The notes under the pieces are model-generated. The model made no database searches and had not been told where the DNA came from. It saw only the letters and a list, made by a program, of their open reading frames with translations. A stretch of DNA of 64,000 bases from contig JBQMRN010000007.1 in NCBI GenBank assembly GCA_052171895.1, positions 2,111 through 66,110 of the forward strand. The letters run 5' to 3'. The translations under genes were made by a program, and so were the position numbers. Below, piece by piece: positions 11,539 through 24,252 of this stretch (position 1 is the first letter of the stretch; each line of letters opens with the position of its first letter). The DNA comes from Arsenophonus sp. NEOnobi-MAG3. Its GTDB lineage: Bacteria > Pseudomonadota > Gammaproteobacteria > Enterobacterales > Enterobacteriaceae.

Positions 11539-12890
11539 AGAGTTCTAGTGTATATGGGTTTGAAAATAGTAGCGTATCATTCTTATTATTTTTATGAATA
11601 ATTCAATAACATAGAGATGTTATACTATGAAAAGTTTATCCTACATGTATCCGCAAAATCAAATATTACCTGTGGATTCCCTTGCATGAATTCATCCGTA
11701 ATGCTGCCAAGAAGGTGATAGCTACTCTGGCGTTGAGGCAGAGTTAGAAGCCATGCTTCAAGAACATCTTGAACTCCGCCTTATCGATGGGCGATCACAT
11801 CCATCAGTTGTCAGTAACCGTTATTTGTCACAGCGAACTATATAGACTGATATAGGCGATATTGAGATTAAAGTGCCTAAGATTAGAGATATCGCAGCGG
11901 CAACGGAATATGCTTTAACAGCTCGTTGCTACTGCCTTACCTTAAGCGTACAAAAACGTTGAATAGTTTCTACTATAGTTGTAGCTGCTATGGCAGCTCC
12001 AGCTTGGTGATTTTCACGAAGCCTTGGTGGCGCTTCTCGGTGAAAAGCATATGGTCTTTCTGCCAGTATCATCAGCAGACTGAAACAGGAATGGATTGAA
12101 AAGCAGAGGTAGCTGCCCTGCATAATTTAAGCAATAGACGCTACCTTTATTTCTTGGCCGATGGCATAGAAAGTCCTATCAAGCAAGCTGAATCGGATTT
12201 TCTTGCTGGTTATTTTTGGCGCCAGGTGAGCATGGACGTAAGAAGGTAGTTGTAGTCGAAGATGCTTATCGAGAGTCAGAAGTTAACTTGGCTGAACTTT
12301 TAATGCCCTAGAAGCACATGGCTTAATCGTATCTTCCAGGCTTGCTAGGGGATATGGTGGCGTTGGTTTTTGGAATTCAATGACAAAGATATTCCCGAAC
12401 ACATAGCACCAACGAACGCTGTTGGGTACAAAAAACAGCTAATGTGCTAGCTTCACTCTCCAAAAATATGCAATAAAAAGTTAAAGCTTAGTTTGCGAGA
12501 GGTATATGACTATCGGAGATGTCGGGATGCTGGTAATAAAGCTCTTAATGTTTTTTTTGAAAGGTTTTTAGCAAAGTATCCTGCAGCGTGATGAAGAAGC
12601 TGCAGAAAGATGGAGAATAACCGCTAGCATTCTATGCTTTTCCCAGTTAGCACACTGGGCCAGTAACGTCAATAAGAACGATGAATACGATTAAATCAGT
12701 TTTTGTAACAGTGAGGCTACGAAGCTGACGTATTGAGAACTGTGCTTCGAGAAAAACAATACTTTCAATAGTATTTAACTGCTATAGTCTGATTAAAAAA
12801 GCTAGAAAATTGGCTAAGCTGTTTTGACCTTGCTGGTAAAAATATTCAATTTAGATGAAAAAACTTTATAAGCATTTTTAATCGAAAGTA
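11539..12890 (+). mobile_element. IS256-family element, degenerate, right end eroded
   Basis: Colinear with other copies, including QR--CWVQKTANVL at ~12410-12450. Confidence 0.85.
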
Positions 12891-12942
12891 GGTATAAACA
12901 TTAACACTACATTTACTTTTTAATTAAGTGTGTAATTTGTCA

Positions 12943-14427
12943 TTAATGTTTTTTAAGATATGCGATTAGACGTTTACGTTTACGTAACTGCGTTGGTGTC
13001 AATTTATTTTTCTTTGCGGCATAAGGGTTGTTATCGCCTTCTTTAAATTGAATGCGAATCGGCGTCCCGATAACCTGTAATGTGCGGCGAAAATAGTTCA
13101 TTAAATAACGTTTGTAAGAATCTGGTAATTTAGCGACTTGATTGCCATGAATAACCACAATCGGTGGATTATAACCACCGGCATGAGCATATTTTATTTT
13201 CACTCTTCGGCTTCGTATCAGAGGTGGTTGATGCTCTTCTTCTGCCATTTTTGTAATACGTGTTAATAATGACGTACTCACTCGCCGTGTTGCCGATTCA
13301 TAAGCTTCATTAATAGATTTAAATAAATTACGAACACCGCTACCATGCAGGGCTGAAATAAAATGCACTTTGGCAAAATCAATAAAACCTAATCGCAAAT
13401 CCAGCATATTTTTTACCAATTGCTGATCATCTTGCGAGATTGCATCCCACTTATTGATTACAATTACCAGAGAACGCCCAGCATTCAAAATAAAGCCTAG
13501 TAATGATAAATCTTGATCAGAAATTCCTTCTCTCGCATCAATAACAAGTAAAATAACATTAGCATCTTCGATTGATTGCAACGTTTTGATTACAGAAAAT
13601 TTTTCAACAGTTTCAGTTATTTTCCCCCGTTTACGAACACCTGCTGTATCAATCAGTACATATTTATATCCATCCCGTTTCATCGGAATATAAATGCTAT
13701 CACGTGTTGTACCTGGCATGTTATAAACAACTACTCGATCTTCTCCTAAAATATGGTTAGTTAAAGTTGATTTACCGACATTTGGGCGACCAACAATCGC
13801 TAATTTAATCGGTAGTGAACGCGGATCAAAGGCTTCTTCTTCACTATTGTTAATCGCCTCTTTTTCTTTTTGAGCCACCCAATAAGCCGCATTGGCCTCC
13901 TCTGGTGATAATTCAATATCATTAGCTAATTTTTGTGGCGAATAGAGAGAAAGTACTTTTTCAATCAATTGAGTAACACCGCGTCCATGAGATGCAGCAA
14001 TGGGATAAATATCTTTGATGCCAAGTGAATAAAAATCGCTTAAAACTATATCAATATCTAAACCATCAGTTTTATTTGCTACCAAGTAACTATCTTTCTT
14101 GCGACTGCGTAAATATTTCGCAATCTCATGATCTGCAGGCATCAACCCTGAACGAGCATCAAGCATAAAAAAAACAATATCAGCTTCTTCAATTGCCAGT
14201 AAGGCTTGAGAAGCCATATGGATTTCTATCCCCTCTTCTGAACCATCGATACCACCGGTATCAATAATAATAAATTCCTGCCCTGCAAATTCTCCCTTAC
14301 CGTATTTTCGATCACGCGTTAAACCTGGAAAATCAGCAACCAGCGCATCCCTAGTTCTAGTTAATCGGTTAAATAAGGTAGATTTTCCTACATTTGGACG
14401 CCCTACTAGCGCAATGATAGTTATCAT
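12943..14427 (-). CDS. der: ribosome biogenesis GTPase Der (EngA)
   Basis: Two GTPase domains ([15 protein letters not shown]; [13 protein letters not shown]), DTGG, DTAG and KH-like C-terminus. Start placed at the ATG at 14427 (RBS GAGG) rather than 14457. Confidence 0.97.
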   Translation of the reverse strand: MITIIALVGRPNVGKSTLFNRLTRTRDALVADFPGLTRDRKYGKGEFAGQEFIIIDTGGIDGSEEGIEIHMASQALLAIEEADIVFFMLDARSGLMPADHEIAKYLRSRKKDSYLVANKTDGLDIDIVLSDFYSLGIKDIYPIAASHGRGVTQLIEKVLSLYSPQKLANDIELSPEEANAAYWVAQKEKEAINNSEEEAFDPRSLPIKLAIVGRPNVGKSTLTNHILGEDRVVVYNMPGTTRDSIYIPMKRDGYKYVLIDTAGVRKRGKITETVEKFSVIKTLQSIEDANVILLVIDAREGISDQDLSLLGFILNAGRSLVIVINKWDAISQDDQQLVKNMLDLRLGFIDFAKVHFISALHGSGVRNLFKSINEAYESATRRVSTSLLTRITKMAEEEHQPPLIRSRRVKIKYAHAGGYNPPIVVIHGNQVAKLPDSYKRYLMNYFRRTLQVIGTPIRIQFKEGDNNPYAAKKNKLTPTQLRKRKRLIAYLKKH

Positions 14428-14551
14428 TTTAAGATGCCTCATAAAGATTAAAATCACTATTCTGATTTCATTCTTTAGAATACTAAAAAATAAAACGACT
14501 GTGGAAATAAGCAGCCGTTATTTCTATCTGAAAAATAAAAATGTCAGACAA

Positions 14552-15730
14552 TTAACGTTCAATTAGATATACAGTTCCATCTTTTGCCTGAATGAGTAAT
14601 TTATCAGTGGCAATAATCGGATGGCTGCGTAAACCAAAACTATTAAGTTTATTTTGTGCTACAAAGTGACCATCTTGGATATTTAACCAATGAAGATAAC
14701 CTTCCCCATCACCAACCACTAAATAAGCATCAAAAATAGTTGGTGCAGTTAAATTGCGATGTAATAAGGCATCTTGACTCCATAAAGTGACACCATCATT
14801 TTTACGAACTGCTAGTACACGATCATTTTGATCAACTAAGTAGATAATATCATTGGCAACAATAATATCATTCACTGTTCCTAAATTACGTTTCCAGATA
14901 ATTTTGCTAGAGTGTATATCCATTGCAACTAAATAACCATTATACGCAATAGCAAAGATAGCGTCTGAATTGGTATCAATAACTGGAGTCATATTAACAT
15001 CATGTAAACGATCAATTTCAGTTGCACCACGGATCTGAGAAATATATGCTTGCCAAGCAATTTTCCCTTCAGCAAGCATTATGGCAGTAATACGTCCACC
15101 ATGACTACCAACAATCGCAATTCCATAGGCAGTACCTGGCGCTGATTTTCCTCTTATTGATAATGTTGAGGTGTTTAAATTAATATTCCATTTACTTTGT
15201 CCAGTCTGTGCATCTAACGCTTGTAACACACCGTTACTGGTATGGATCAATAGCAAACCATTACTAACTGCTGGGTGCGAAAGCGCTTCTCCGGCAACAT
15301 CTATTTCCCATGCTATTTCTCCATTAGCTTTATTCAATGCTATAACTTTGGCTGTTTCTGTTCCAATATAAAGTTTATCTCCTGAAACCGTTAATCCGCT
15401 GGAAAGTAAGGCTGGTAAATTAGGTGTGAAAAACCCAACTTGTTGTGATAAATCAATGGACCATAAGATCTCACCTGAATTAAGATCCATTGCTTTCACC
15501 GTTCCTTTACGATCGGCTGCATATACAATAGAATCATCGTAAGCCGGTGAAAGTTGAGAATAAAATTCTCCACTACCATATCCTATCGAGCGATGCCAGA
15601 GGATAGAAGGGGTAAATTGATTATCAACTTTAGGTAGAGGAGACATTACGATAGAATCTTTTTCTGTTGAGCACCCAATTAACAAAATTACTGCCAACAA
15701 ACTAACCAAGAGCGTTCTAGTCAATTGCAT
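14552..15730 (-). CDS. bamB: outer-membrane assembly lipoprotein BamB
   Basis: Lipobox LIGC, PQQ-like beta-propeller repeats, GATEIDRL-DV. Position between yfgM and der. Confidence 0.95.
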   Translation of the reverse strand: MQLTRTLLVSLLAVILLIGCSTEKDSIVMSPLPKVDNQFTPSILWHRSIGYGSGEFYSQLSPAYDDSIVYAADRKGTVKAMDLNSGEILWSIDLSQQVGFFTPNLPALLSSGLTVSGDKLYIGTETAKVIALNKANGEIAWEIDVAGEALSHPAVSNGLLLIHTSNGVLQALDAQTGQSKWNINLNTSTLSIRGKSAPGTAYGIAIVGSHGGRITAIMLAEGKIAWQAYISQIRGATEIDRLHDVNMTPVIDTNSDAIFAIAYNGYLVAMDIHSSKIIWKRNLGTVNDIIVANDIIYLVDQNDRVLAVRKNDGVTLWSQDALLHRNLTAPTIFDAYLVVGDGEGYLHWLNIQDGHFVAQNKLNSFGLRSHPIIATDKLLIQAKDGTVYLIER

Positions 15731-15743
15731 GTTAATATTCTTC

Positions 15744-16364
15744 TTAGTTTGGCAAGTTATTAATTTTTATTTTTAATATTGTCTTCATTATTTCAGTTCC
15801 AGTTGATTTAATTCCTTTAAAATAAGCTTCACGAGCACCAGTGATATCACCTTTTTTTAGTAAAATATTGCCACGAATATCTTCAACAATCATACTCCAT
15901 CCTTTATCCTTTACTTGAGTCAAAGTAATTAAAGCTTGATCTGTTTTGTTTAAAGCTAACTGTACACGTGCCAATCTGATATTGATTAAATCTTTAAGAT
16001 CATTTAATTTTGCATTAGTTAATGCCATTAGTAATGCTTTTTCTGCACCAGTAATATCACTCTTTTCCAGCGCAATTTTGGCTAGTTCAATATTGGTCAA
16101 TACACCATAAATATTATTTGTTTCATTAGCAAATTGCTCAGCAGAAGCAAGCGCTTGTTTTGAACCTGTCTGCAATTGAGAAGAAATTTTCTCAAAAATT
16201 TGAGCACTTTCTTGCAAACGATGTGCTTGATGTGATTGCCAATAATTCCAACCAATAATCGCACTAACTCCAACAGCTAGCCCTATTACTAAGGCTTTGG
16301 TATTGTTGATAAAAAAGCGTTTGATGGCATCTCTCTTCTTATTTTCAGTAGTATAGATTTCCAC
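15744..16364 (-). CDS. yfgM: ancillary SecYEG chaperone YfgM
   Basis: MEIYTTE, one TM helix, GWNYWQSHQ, RLARVQL TPR-like region. Lies between hisS and bamB. Confidence 0.92.
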   Translation of the reverse strand: MEIYTTENKKRDAIKRFFINNTKALVIGLAVGVSAIIGWNYWQSHQAHRLQESAQIFEKISSQLQTGSKQALASAEQFANETNNIYGVLTNIELAKIALEKSDITGAEKALLMALTNAKLNDLKDLINIRLARVQLALNKTDQALITLTQVKDKGWSMIVEDIRGNILLKKGDITGAREAYFKGIKSTGTEIMKTILKIKINNLPN

Positions 16365-16374
16365 AAAGTCTCCT

Positions 16375-17652
16375 TTAATATAAAAGTTTAGTTAAACTTA
16401 CAGCAATATTCTGCTGAGAAATTTTTTCTTGTTTACCTGTACGTAAATCTTTTATGGTGACTTCACCAGATTGACACTCATCTTCAGCTAAAATCAAGGC
16501 AATTTTCGCCTGGTATTTATCTGCTCGAGCTAACTGTTTTTTAAAATTACCGCCGCCATGATGAGTCATTAATTTTAAAGCCGGCAGTTTATCACGAATT
16601 TTTTCTGCCAGGACTAATATTGCTTGTTGACTTGTCTTACCACAAGCAAGCAAATAAACATCGACTAAGTTATATTCAGCAACAAAATCTGAGTTAATCT
16701 GACGCACTAGTAACACTATGCGCTCCATTCCCATCGCAAAACCTACTGCGTAGGTCGCTTGTCCACCAAGCTGCTCAACTAGAGCATCATAACGGCCCCC
16801 AGCGCATACTGTACCCTGCGCACCTAATGCATCAGTAACCCATTCAAATACAGTGCGATTATAATAATCTAAACCACGAACTAAACGTTGATTAATTCGA
16901 AATTGAATACCTGCTACATCAAGTAATTTACAAAGTCCAGCAAAATGCTGTTTTGATTCATCATCAAGATAATCAGCAAGTAATGGAGCATTATTAAGCA
17001 GTTTTTGCACGTCATGATTTTTTGAATCAAGGATGCGTAATGGGTTAGTTGATAGTCGACGTCGGCAATCTTCATCTAATTTATCTTCATACTGTTGCAA
17101 AAAAGTAACTAATGCCTGACGGTATTTTGCTCGAGCTGCTAATGAGCCAATCGAGTTTAACTCCAGTGAAACATCTTTAACAATCCCCAATTCACGCCAG
17201 CAACGTGCTGTTATAATGATAAGTTCGGCATCAATATCTGGCCCGGTTAAACCAAAAACTTCAGCACCTAACTGATGGAATTGACGATAACGTCCTTTTT
17301 GTGGCCGCTCATAACGAAACATCGGGCCTAAATACCAGAGACGTTGTTGCTGATTATACAATAAACCATGTTCGATCCCAGCACGTACACAACCAGCTGT
17401 ATTTTCTGGACGCAGTGTTAAACTATCACCATCCATGTCATCAAAGGTGTACATCTCTTTTTCAACCACATCACTGACTTCACCTATTGCGTGAGAAAAT
17501 AAAGAGCTTTGCTCTACGATTGGAGTTCGAATCTCACTAAAACAATAACTAGCAAGGATTTGTTTTAATTTTTTTTCAATTTTTTGCCAGAATTGAATAT
17601 CGGTAGGAAGACAGTCATTCATACCGCGAATAGATTGAATCTTTTTAGCCAT
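16375..17652 (-). CDS. hisS: histidine--tRNA ligase
   Basis: [45 protein letters not shown] and AGGRYD. Confidence 0.98.
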   Translation of the reverse strand: MAKKIQSIRGMNDCLPTDIQFWQKIEKKLKQILASYCFSEIRTPIVEQSSLFSHAIGEVSDVVEKEMYTFDDMDGDSLTLRPENTAGCVRAGIEHGLLYNQQQRLWYLGPMFRYERPQKGRYRQFHQLGAEVFGLTGPDIDAELIIITARCWRELGIVKDVSLELNSIGSLAARAKYRQALVTFLQQYEDKLDEDCRRRLSTNPLRILDSKNHDVQKLLNNAPLLADYLDDESKQHFAGLCKLLDVAGIQFRINQRLVRGLDYYNRTVFEWVTDALGAQGTVCAGGRYDALVEQLGGQATYAVGFAMGMERIVLLVRQINSDFVAEYNLVDVYLLACGKTSQQAILVLAEKIRDKLPALKLMTHHGGGNFKKQLARADKYQAKIALILAEDECQSGEVTIKDLRTGKQEKISQQNIAVSLTKLLY

Positions 17653-17800
17653 GTTATTTCTCTATTTAAAAATCTATTATAATAGAATATGGATTCTAAA
17701 AATAAATATTAAGATGGTGCATTCATAAAAATTAGTTTATTACTTTATAAGCTATAATTGATAATTTTAGCTTTTGATATACCATTTATATTGATTATGA

Positions 17801-17821
17801 CAGTTGCTATCTTAACAACTG
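17801..17821. promoter_or_regulatory. probable MprA/EmrR operator (9-3-9 inverted repeat)
   Basis: CAGTTGCTA-TCT-TAACAACTG (8/9 symmetric), 22 nt upstream of mprA. E. coli EmrR binds an imperfect 21-bp inverted repeat at the equivalent position of its own promoter. Confidence 0.7.
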
Positions 17822-17843
17822 AAACTAATAAGGTATATAAATA

Positions 17844-18380
17844 ATGGAAAGCACAAAAACAAAAAAAGAAATTTCGTTTTCTCCCATCGAGCAATTACTT
17901 AATAAACGCAAAAAGCAGCACAAAAAATCAACTATTCCCCTACCATATCAGCAAATTTTGCTAACTCGTTTATGTATGCATGTGCAAGGTAAATTATTAG
18001 AAATTAGAAATAATATGCTTAAGAAACAAGGAATTAATGAAACATTATTTATGGCATTAATCATTCTTGATATCCAAAAAACACAAAGTATACAACCATC
18101 TGAACTCAGTGATGCTTTAGGCTCCTCGAGAACAAATGCAACACGTATTGCAGATGAACTGGAAAATCACAAATGGATTGAACGCAAGGAAAGTCACAAT
18201 GATCGCCGATGCTTACATCTTCATTTAACAGAAAATGGTTCAAACTTTCTAAAAAAAATACTTCCTCTCCAAACTGAAAATTTAGAAAAAATTTGGTCTG
18301 TTTTTACTGTTGAAGAAAAAAATATTATAGAAAAATTGATGAGAAAGTTATTAGTTAATCTTAATGAGCTTGACAATTAA
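17844..18380 (+). CDS. mprA: MarR-family repressor MprA (EmrR)
   Basis: [53 protein letters not shown] and DRRCLHL-LT are near-identical to EmrR. Confidence 0.93.
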   Translation: MESTKTKKEISFSPIEQLLNKRKKQHKKSTIPLPYQQILLTRLCMHVQGKLLEIRNNMLKKQGINETLFMALIILDIQKTQSIQPSELSDALGSSRTNATRIADELENHKWIERKESHNDRRCLHLHLTENGSNFLKKILPLQTENLEKIWSVFTVEEKNIIEKLMRKLLVNLNELDN

Positions 18381-18392
18381 ACAGTATTTTAA

Positions 18393-19778
18393 GAATTATG
18401 CTTATTTCTGGTATATGGAGTTTTAGAGATGCTGGCGTATTATCCTTCTGATTAATTTTGTGAATGATTTCAACAATAGAGAGATATGTCATAAAAAAGT
18501 CTACCTTAGAGGTAAGGTATCCGCGAAATCAGATATTACTTATGATCCTTTGCATGAACCCATCTGTAATGCTGGTAGCAAGCTGATAGGCAACGCTGTT
18601 GAGGGGCGCTGATCTTCCCCCCTCGAAGCTATGCTGCTGCGACAATATGTGAACACCGTCTTGTGAAGTAAAGACTGGCGGCTTCATGTCCGCTCGTAAT
18701 GGTTATTTGCCACAGCGAACTATAGCAGATTGCTATTGGTAATGTTGAGATTAAAGTAAAGTTTCTAAGGTGATTAGGGATCTCAGCGGCAAGGAAATAT
18801 GCTTCAACAGCTTATTACTACCGCCTTATCTTGAGTGTACAAAAAAGCATCGAAGAGTTGCTATATCATGGCTGTACCTATGAAGGGCAGCTCCAGCGAT
18901 GATTTTACGAAGCCATTTTGGGGCGCTACTCGATAAAAAAGCAGATAGTATTTCTGTCAAGTAGCATCAGTAGACTGAAAAAGAATGGCTTGAAGAGCAT
19001 ATGCAATGCTGCTTGCGTGATTTAAGATATACGTGTTACGTTTATTTCTTGGCCGATGCTATAAGACAGTTCTGCTAGGCAAGATGATTGCCTTTGCCTA
19101 CTGGCCATTATTGGCATTATTGAGCATGGAGGATAAGAAGTTAGTTGTGGTCGAACATGGTTATCGAGAATTAAAATTGAACTTGGCTAAACTTCTCAAT
19201 GTCCTGCAAAAGCACATGGGTTAAGCGTATATCCCAGGCTGCTTACGGAAGATACGATGCCCTTGCTTTTTTGAATTCAATGGCAAAGATATTCCAGGAT
19301 ACAGAGCAGCAACGCTGTTTGGGATAGAAATAGATAATCTGCTTACTTCACTTCCAAAAGGCATGAAAGCAAAAGTTAAGGCTAAGCTGCGTGAGATCTC
19401 TGGCTAGCAGAGAGCCGTGATGCCGATAATAATGCCATTGATCTTTTATTGGCAAAGTTTTTAGCGAAGTATCCTGCAACAATGAAGAAGCTAGAAAAAG
19501 ATCGTGAAGAACTGCTGGCATTCTACAACTTCCCATCAGATCAGTGATAGTCAATACCCCGACATGCGAAGAACTGTAGTTAGAGAAAAACAACCCTTTC
19601 AATGCTATTTAGGTTGCTACAGCAGCCTGCTAAGAAAAGCTGGAACTGCCTAAGGGGGATTTGATCTGCTGATCAAGGTGCTAAACAACGTTCAATTTAA
19701 GGATGAAGAACAGATTCACGAAGCATCAAAGTGGAACGTAGCCCCCTGACTGCCATATACCAGATTTGCTAATAACTC
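18393..19778 (+). mobile_element. IS256-family element, full length, degenerate
   Basis: Both terminal repeats present. Starts ~12 nt after the mprA stop codon. Confidence 0.9.
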
Positions 19779-20150
19779 ATTAACAAGATTAAATCAGTTA
19801 TTCCGTAATCATCGTAATAATAAAATTAAAACCATTGATCTGAAATTATTTGATTAGATTTATTTATTACAATTATTAATGGGAAGCAATAAAGTTGTTC
19901 AACTAGTTTTTTTATCGCTCAGTCGAAACCAATAATGTACTTCTACCTAAAAGAAGTGGGATTGCTAAAATAGCTATCATACCCACCCCATGGGTAAGCA
20001 ATAGATTTTCATATTAAAAAGGATCGAACTTAAGCATATGTATAAAGCAGCATTAAAAATGCGAGCGGGTGAAGAGTAAGCTAGGCTATTATACACTAAT
20101 GCTATTTTTATTCATATTGATATAGCAGAGGACCTGTTAAAAAATAGTAA
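19779..20150 (+). pseudogene. mepK: 3' part of peptidoglycan endopeptidase MepK (YcbK)
   Basis: LNQLFR--RNNKIKTID--LFD, YRS-ETNN, SYH--GKAIDFHI, KAALKMRAG-VGYY and F-HID-GP match YcbK. 5' part removed by IS256. Confidence 0.8.
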
Positions 20151-20199
20151 TCTATTAGATTTTAAATAAATTATTATTTAAATAATGGACTTACTATTT

Positions 20200-20683
20200 A
20201 TGAAGTTTAAAATTATTTCTGTAACCGATTTTATGCAGAATTATACGCTAATTTTGGATGAAAGAGCTGAGATGCTCGCCTGGATGCTGAAAGTAAAATT
20301 AATTGCTACGCTTACAAAGCAAAGCGTTCATTAAATTTACAGTTTAATCCATGGGTATTTTTAATCAAGGGAATTTCCTATTCAAAGCCAAATGTTTGAT
20401 GTGGTACAATGTTCATATTTTACGCCAGATCGTTACTTGCAAGAGCGATAATGAAATTACTTTTGCTGATATCAAACTAGTTGTTTTTCATTGCCATTGG
20501 GCAATACGCCAGGACATGTTATCTTTGTTAATCATGCAGATAAATTAATTTCTATGGAAAATCTGCTTTTCAAGGTGGAATTGGTCGTACTGATTTTTCT
20601 AAAAATAATCATGCAACATTAATCACTGCTAGTATATACACCGCTGCTGGCCTTTTTATTTTAATTATGATAAATAGCAAAAA
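20200..20683 (+). pseudogene. gloC: MBL-fold hydrolase GloC (YcbL) pseudogene
   Basis: MKFKIISVTDFMQN-TLI, FTPDR-L, HC-G-TPGHV-F and FQGGIGRTDF remnants. Internal deletion and frameshifts; follows ycbK. Confidence 0.8.
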
Positions 20684-20687
20684 ATTT

Positions 20688-22667
20688 ATGGTTAAGATAT
20701 TGAATCGCTCTTTAAAGGAGCGCGAAGAGGTTTGTTAGGTAGGTATATTGTAAGTTAAAATTTTATCGTAGTGTGTATTCTTTGAGATAAGACGCTAAAA
20801 TTAAAGACATTTAAACCCTAGGTCTTTGGCTTAATAACCATTATTTATTTCATTTTATGCATTTTTTCAATAATTTCGTTGCCTTTTTACTAAGCTTGAG
20901 GGTCGATAAAAAGTACTCTGTTACCAGATAGAATATATTTGTATGAATCTATCCGTAGGAATCCTTTAATCATAAGGAGGAGGGAGCGAACCTTGGGTTT
21001 TCTGGTTTTTTGCGAACCGTGATCATCCCAACGCCTTATACATTTTCGATAATAGTATGCCTGGTTTACGATTCGACAAGAATCCATAGCAACGGATACT
21101 CCTTAAAATGCCTTGTCGGGAATCTGGCTAATATAGCGCGATCATATTTTCCTGCGTCATGGTCTTGCTGCCAGTACTGCTTAGTTTGCTGCTGATAGTA
21201 ATGATGTACAACCTATTCTGCCTAGCAGAATGCCGTAGTTTTGAGGTGTGGATACCAAGCCGTTTAAGGTAGCGCCTGAGGTATTTCAAAGCTATGCGCG
21301 CGCCTTTCGTTTTTTTAGCGAAGTGTACTTTGCCAGTAAGGTCCGTACTTATAGTTTCAGATGTAACGCTGTCATTGCTTCCTTGCTCGGATATACCCAA
21401 AACCAGGAAGAGTAGTTGGATTTATAGGTCATAGCTGTAATACGATCCGCTAGATAAGGGTGCCTCGCTAGATTTGTTCTACTGCTCTTTTTTTTTGAAG
21501 AACAACTCGTGTCGTACAGCATGTTTAATATCTAACCAGCACGATCACTGGTAATGGAGACATGAACATGCGGATATTGATTGAGTTGTCGAGCATAAGT
21601 GTATAAGGCAGAGAAGATACCAATTTCAATATCTTATTTGCGTTACCCACTGCAGCATAGCATAGATGCCAACAAAAAACAAAGCGTTGAGTTGCAGCGC
21701 TAGTTATTGTTGAAAGAAGGCTAAAAGAAGATGGGGCATACTGAAAGTAATCTCTTGCCAGTCGTAGTTGGGTAAAATATAAGCACTGCTGTACTAACCA
21801 CTGTTCAGTAGGTTTAAAATCGCATGAATTACAGGCTTTTTAACTTACAGCTTTAAAAGAAAATGGCTGTGAAAAACATTCAGGAAAAGGCACAGCAGTA
21901 GGCACTGGACATTCATGGCAAAAGTACCGCAGGCAAGAATTTGCTCGACAGATAGACGGGTCTACGAATTGATACTTTCCCCGTGTTTTCAAGAAATTTA
22001 TTCTAGCCCTTATCAAGGGTAAAAAGTAGTTTAGTTGAGCCGTGGTATATCATCTGAGTAATTTATCTTCTTGGTATCTTCTCAGAGAAATAGAAATTTT
22101 GTCATCCTGTCCGAATTCGTCAGATCTATCGGTCCAGTTATTTTTCGTTTATCTAACTGGACGAAGGAGATGAGATTATCCCTAGTTTCTTTTAGGTGAT
22201 GAATTCATCGCCAAGCATACTTTTAGTTATTATCCCCATCAATGCAGTTGTATTCAGCATTATCGGCTGATCATTATGGGCTCTATTGCTAAAAATTCTG
22301 CATAATCCTGACTAGATGGAATAATACTTGCGTGTCAAGAAAAAATTTGAGGACCGAGTCTCCTACTATGATGCGAATTGGTATATGAGCTCTTTTTGGG
22401 TATCATAAAAATTTAGTCGCTCTATCATCATTAATTTCTGGAGGGAGATTATAAAGCGCTTCTGATAAATAGGCAGTATAACAACATGAAGTTGTGTTTT
22501 ATCTTCCTGATTTACCTGGTTTAGGCTTTCTAAAAGATTTATTCCGATCTATCTGGATGAATTCCTGAAAAAATTAACATATTGTAGAGTATAAAACACT
22601 ACTCAGATTATAAACATCCACGAAGCAGCGTAGCTGCGCCGCGCTCATACCATAGTAAGCTAGCTTC
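20688..22667 (-). mobile_element. IS91-family rolling-circle element, near full length (~2 kb), degenerate
   Basis: oriIS-like end at 20688 and terIS-like GC-rich hairpin end at 22620-22667. TnpA remnants QLNQYPHVHVSIT (HUH), KVHFAKKT-GA---KYLRRYLKR (YxxxY), HFK---YYG-L-NRK and KGFLRIDSYKYILSG. Upstream ORF remnant at ~22050-22560. Confidence 0.88.
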
Positions 22668-22674
22668 CCTATTA

Positions 22675-22734
22675 TTTACATTTTGAAACATAAATTTTCT
22701 TCTTGTAAGAAATATTGTATTTTTGTATCCTTTT
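22675..22734 (+). promoter_or_regulatory. three tandem 20-bp OmpR boxes (F1-F2-F3-like) upstream of the porin
   Basis: TTTACATTTTGAAACATAAA / TTTTCTTCTTGTAAGAAATA / TTGTATTTTTGTATCCTTTT, in the arrangement of E. coli ompF F1-F3. The first box matches the high-affinity OmpR consensus TTTACATTTTGAAACAT. Confidence 0.75.
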
Positions 22735-22876
22735 CAATGTAGATAAAAATATTTACCAATGGAACTCTGGACGCAGAAAGGAGATAACACTAATCTTTTA
22801 GAGATAGTTCCCAATGGTTGGGAATTTATTTTTGGCAATGGCAGGTGTCTGAATAACACCAATGAGGGTAATAATA

Positions 22877-24001
22877 ATGATAAAGCGCAATATTTTTGCA
22901 ATAGTTATCACGGCGGCATTCTTAGCTGGTACAGTAAATGCAGCTGAAATTTATAACAAAGACGGCAATAAACTGGATCTATATGGTAAAGTTAGTGTTC
23001 GTCAGTTATTTAGTAAAAACAGTGGTAGCGATGATGATTCGCGTGTACGTTTTGGTATTAAAGGTGATACTCAAATCTCTGATCAATTAACTGGTTTTGG
23101 TCGTTTTGAATGGGAAATCAAAACCAACAAAAGTGAAGCTGAGAACAAAAATACAAATTCTCTAGCTTATGTCGGCTTGAAAATTGCTGACTTTAGTTCA
23201 TTGGACTATGGTCGCAACTATGGCGTTCTTTATGATGTCAACACATGGACTAACGTTCTGCCTCTTTATGGTGGAGACTCTATGTCTCAGGCTGATAGCT
23301 ACTTAACTGGCCGTAACCTGTTAACTTATCGTAATACAGATTTCTTTGGTCTGGTCGATGGCTTGAACTTTGCCCTACAGTATCAAGGTAAAAATACAAA
23401 AAGCAATAAATCAGGTAGTTTAGATTACTTAAAAAACAACGCTGATGGCTTCAGTGTAGCTGCTAACTACGATATCGGGTGGGGCGTTGCACTGGGTGCA
23501 GGCTATGCCAAATTTAATCCTGACATTGACATAACTGATGCTAATAAAGATTTAAGTAGCGATGGTGGTAATAGTGCTGATAGCTGGAACGCTGGTATTA
23601 AATATGATGCCAACAATCTATATTTGGCAGCAATGTACGGTGAAACCCGTAATATGACCCACTTTGATCTTGCTACTGATCCTAGCACTAGTAGCCTAAC
23701 TCAAGTCGCTAACAAAACTGAGAACTTTGAATTGGTTGGTCAGTATCTGTTTGATGAAATTGGTCTGAAACCATCTATTGCTTATGTGCAGTCTAAAGGC
23801 AAAAATTTAACTGATACTGTCTACTCTCAGAAGCAAGATTTGATGAAATACGTTTCTCTTGGTGCTTTCTATTATTTCAATAAAAATCTAACCGCAGTTG
23901 TTGATTATAAAATCAACCTAGTCAATAGCAATGGTTTCACAAAAAAATATGCTATTGGCAGCGACAACCTGGTTGGTTTAGGTTTAGTTTACCAGTTTTA
24001 A
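22877..24001 (+). CDS. ompF: general porin OmpF
   Basis: Signal peptide then [18 protein letters not shown]-terminal GLVYQF. Leader GGCAGGTGTC...ATGAGGGTAATAATAATG matches enterobacterial ompF; adjacent to aspC. Start at 22877 follows RBS GAGGGT. Confidence 0.9.
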   Translation: MIKRNIFAIVITAAFLAGTVNAAEIYNKDGNKLDLYGKVSVRQLFSKNSGSDDDSRVRFGIKGDTQISDQLTGFGRFEWEIKTNKSEAENKNTNSLAYVGLKIADFSSLDYGRNYGVLYDVNTWTNVLPLYGGDSMSQADSYLTGRNLLTYRNTDFFGLVDGLNFALQYQGKNTKSNKSGSLDYLKNNADGFSVAANYDIGWGVALGAGYAKFNPDIDITDANKDLSSDGGNSADSWNAGIKYDANNLYLAAMYGETRNMTHFDLATDPSTSSLTQVANKTENFELVGQYLFDEIGLKPSIAYVQSKGKNLTDTVYSQKQDLMKYVSLGAFYYFNKNLTAVVDYKINLVNSNGFTKKYAIGSDNLVGLGLVYQF

Positions 24002-24047
24002 TTATCACTTAGCGATAAATTAACAGTAAAAATGAAAACGTAAATTT

Positions 24048-24082
24048 AAAAAGCAGCGCTTAGAAAGAGTGCTGCTTTTTTA
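24048..24082 (+). terminator. Rho-independent terminator of ompF
   Basis: AAAAAGCAGCGCT-loop-AGTGCTGCTTTTTT. Confidence 0.85.
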
Positions 24083-24252
24083 TCAATTTATGTTAATTGG
24101 CAAAAAATTGTTAGCAGCTGAACAATATCAACCTAAACAAATATCACAAGTTTGCCTTATTTTTATCGCAGAGTGTTGGCAAATCATTTTCATCGCGTTA
24201 ACCTGAGATCCCTCGATTACCAAATCACAACTGAATTATTGGAATTATAAAT

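Noticed and set aside
20688-22667. IS91 HUH motifs as a plasmid relaxase/Rep or an integrated phage
   Set aside because: Motif order, ori/ter ends, target tetranucleotides and multiple copies fit an IS91-family transposase. No plasmid or phage genes are nearby.
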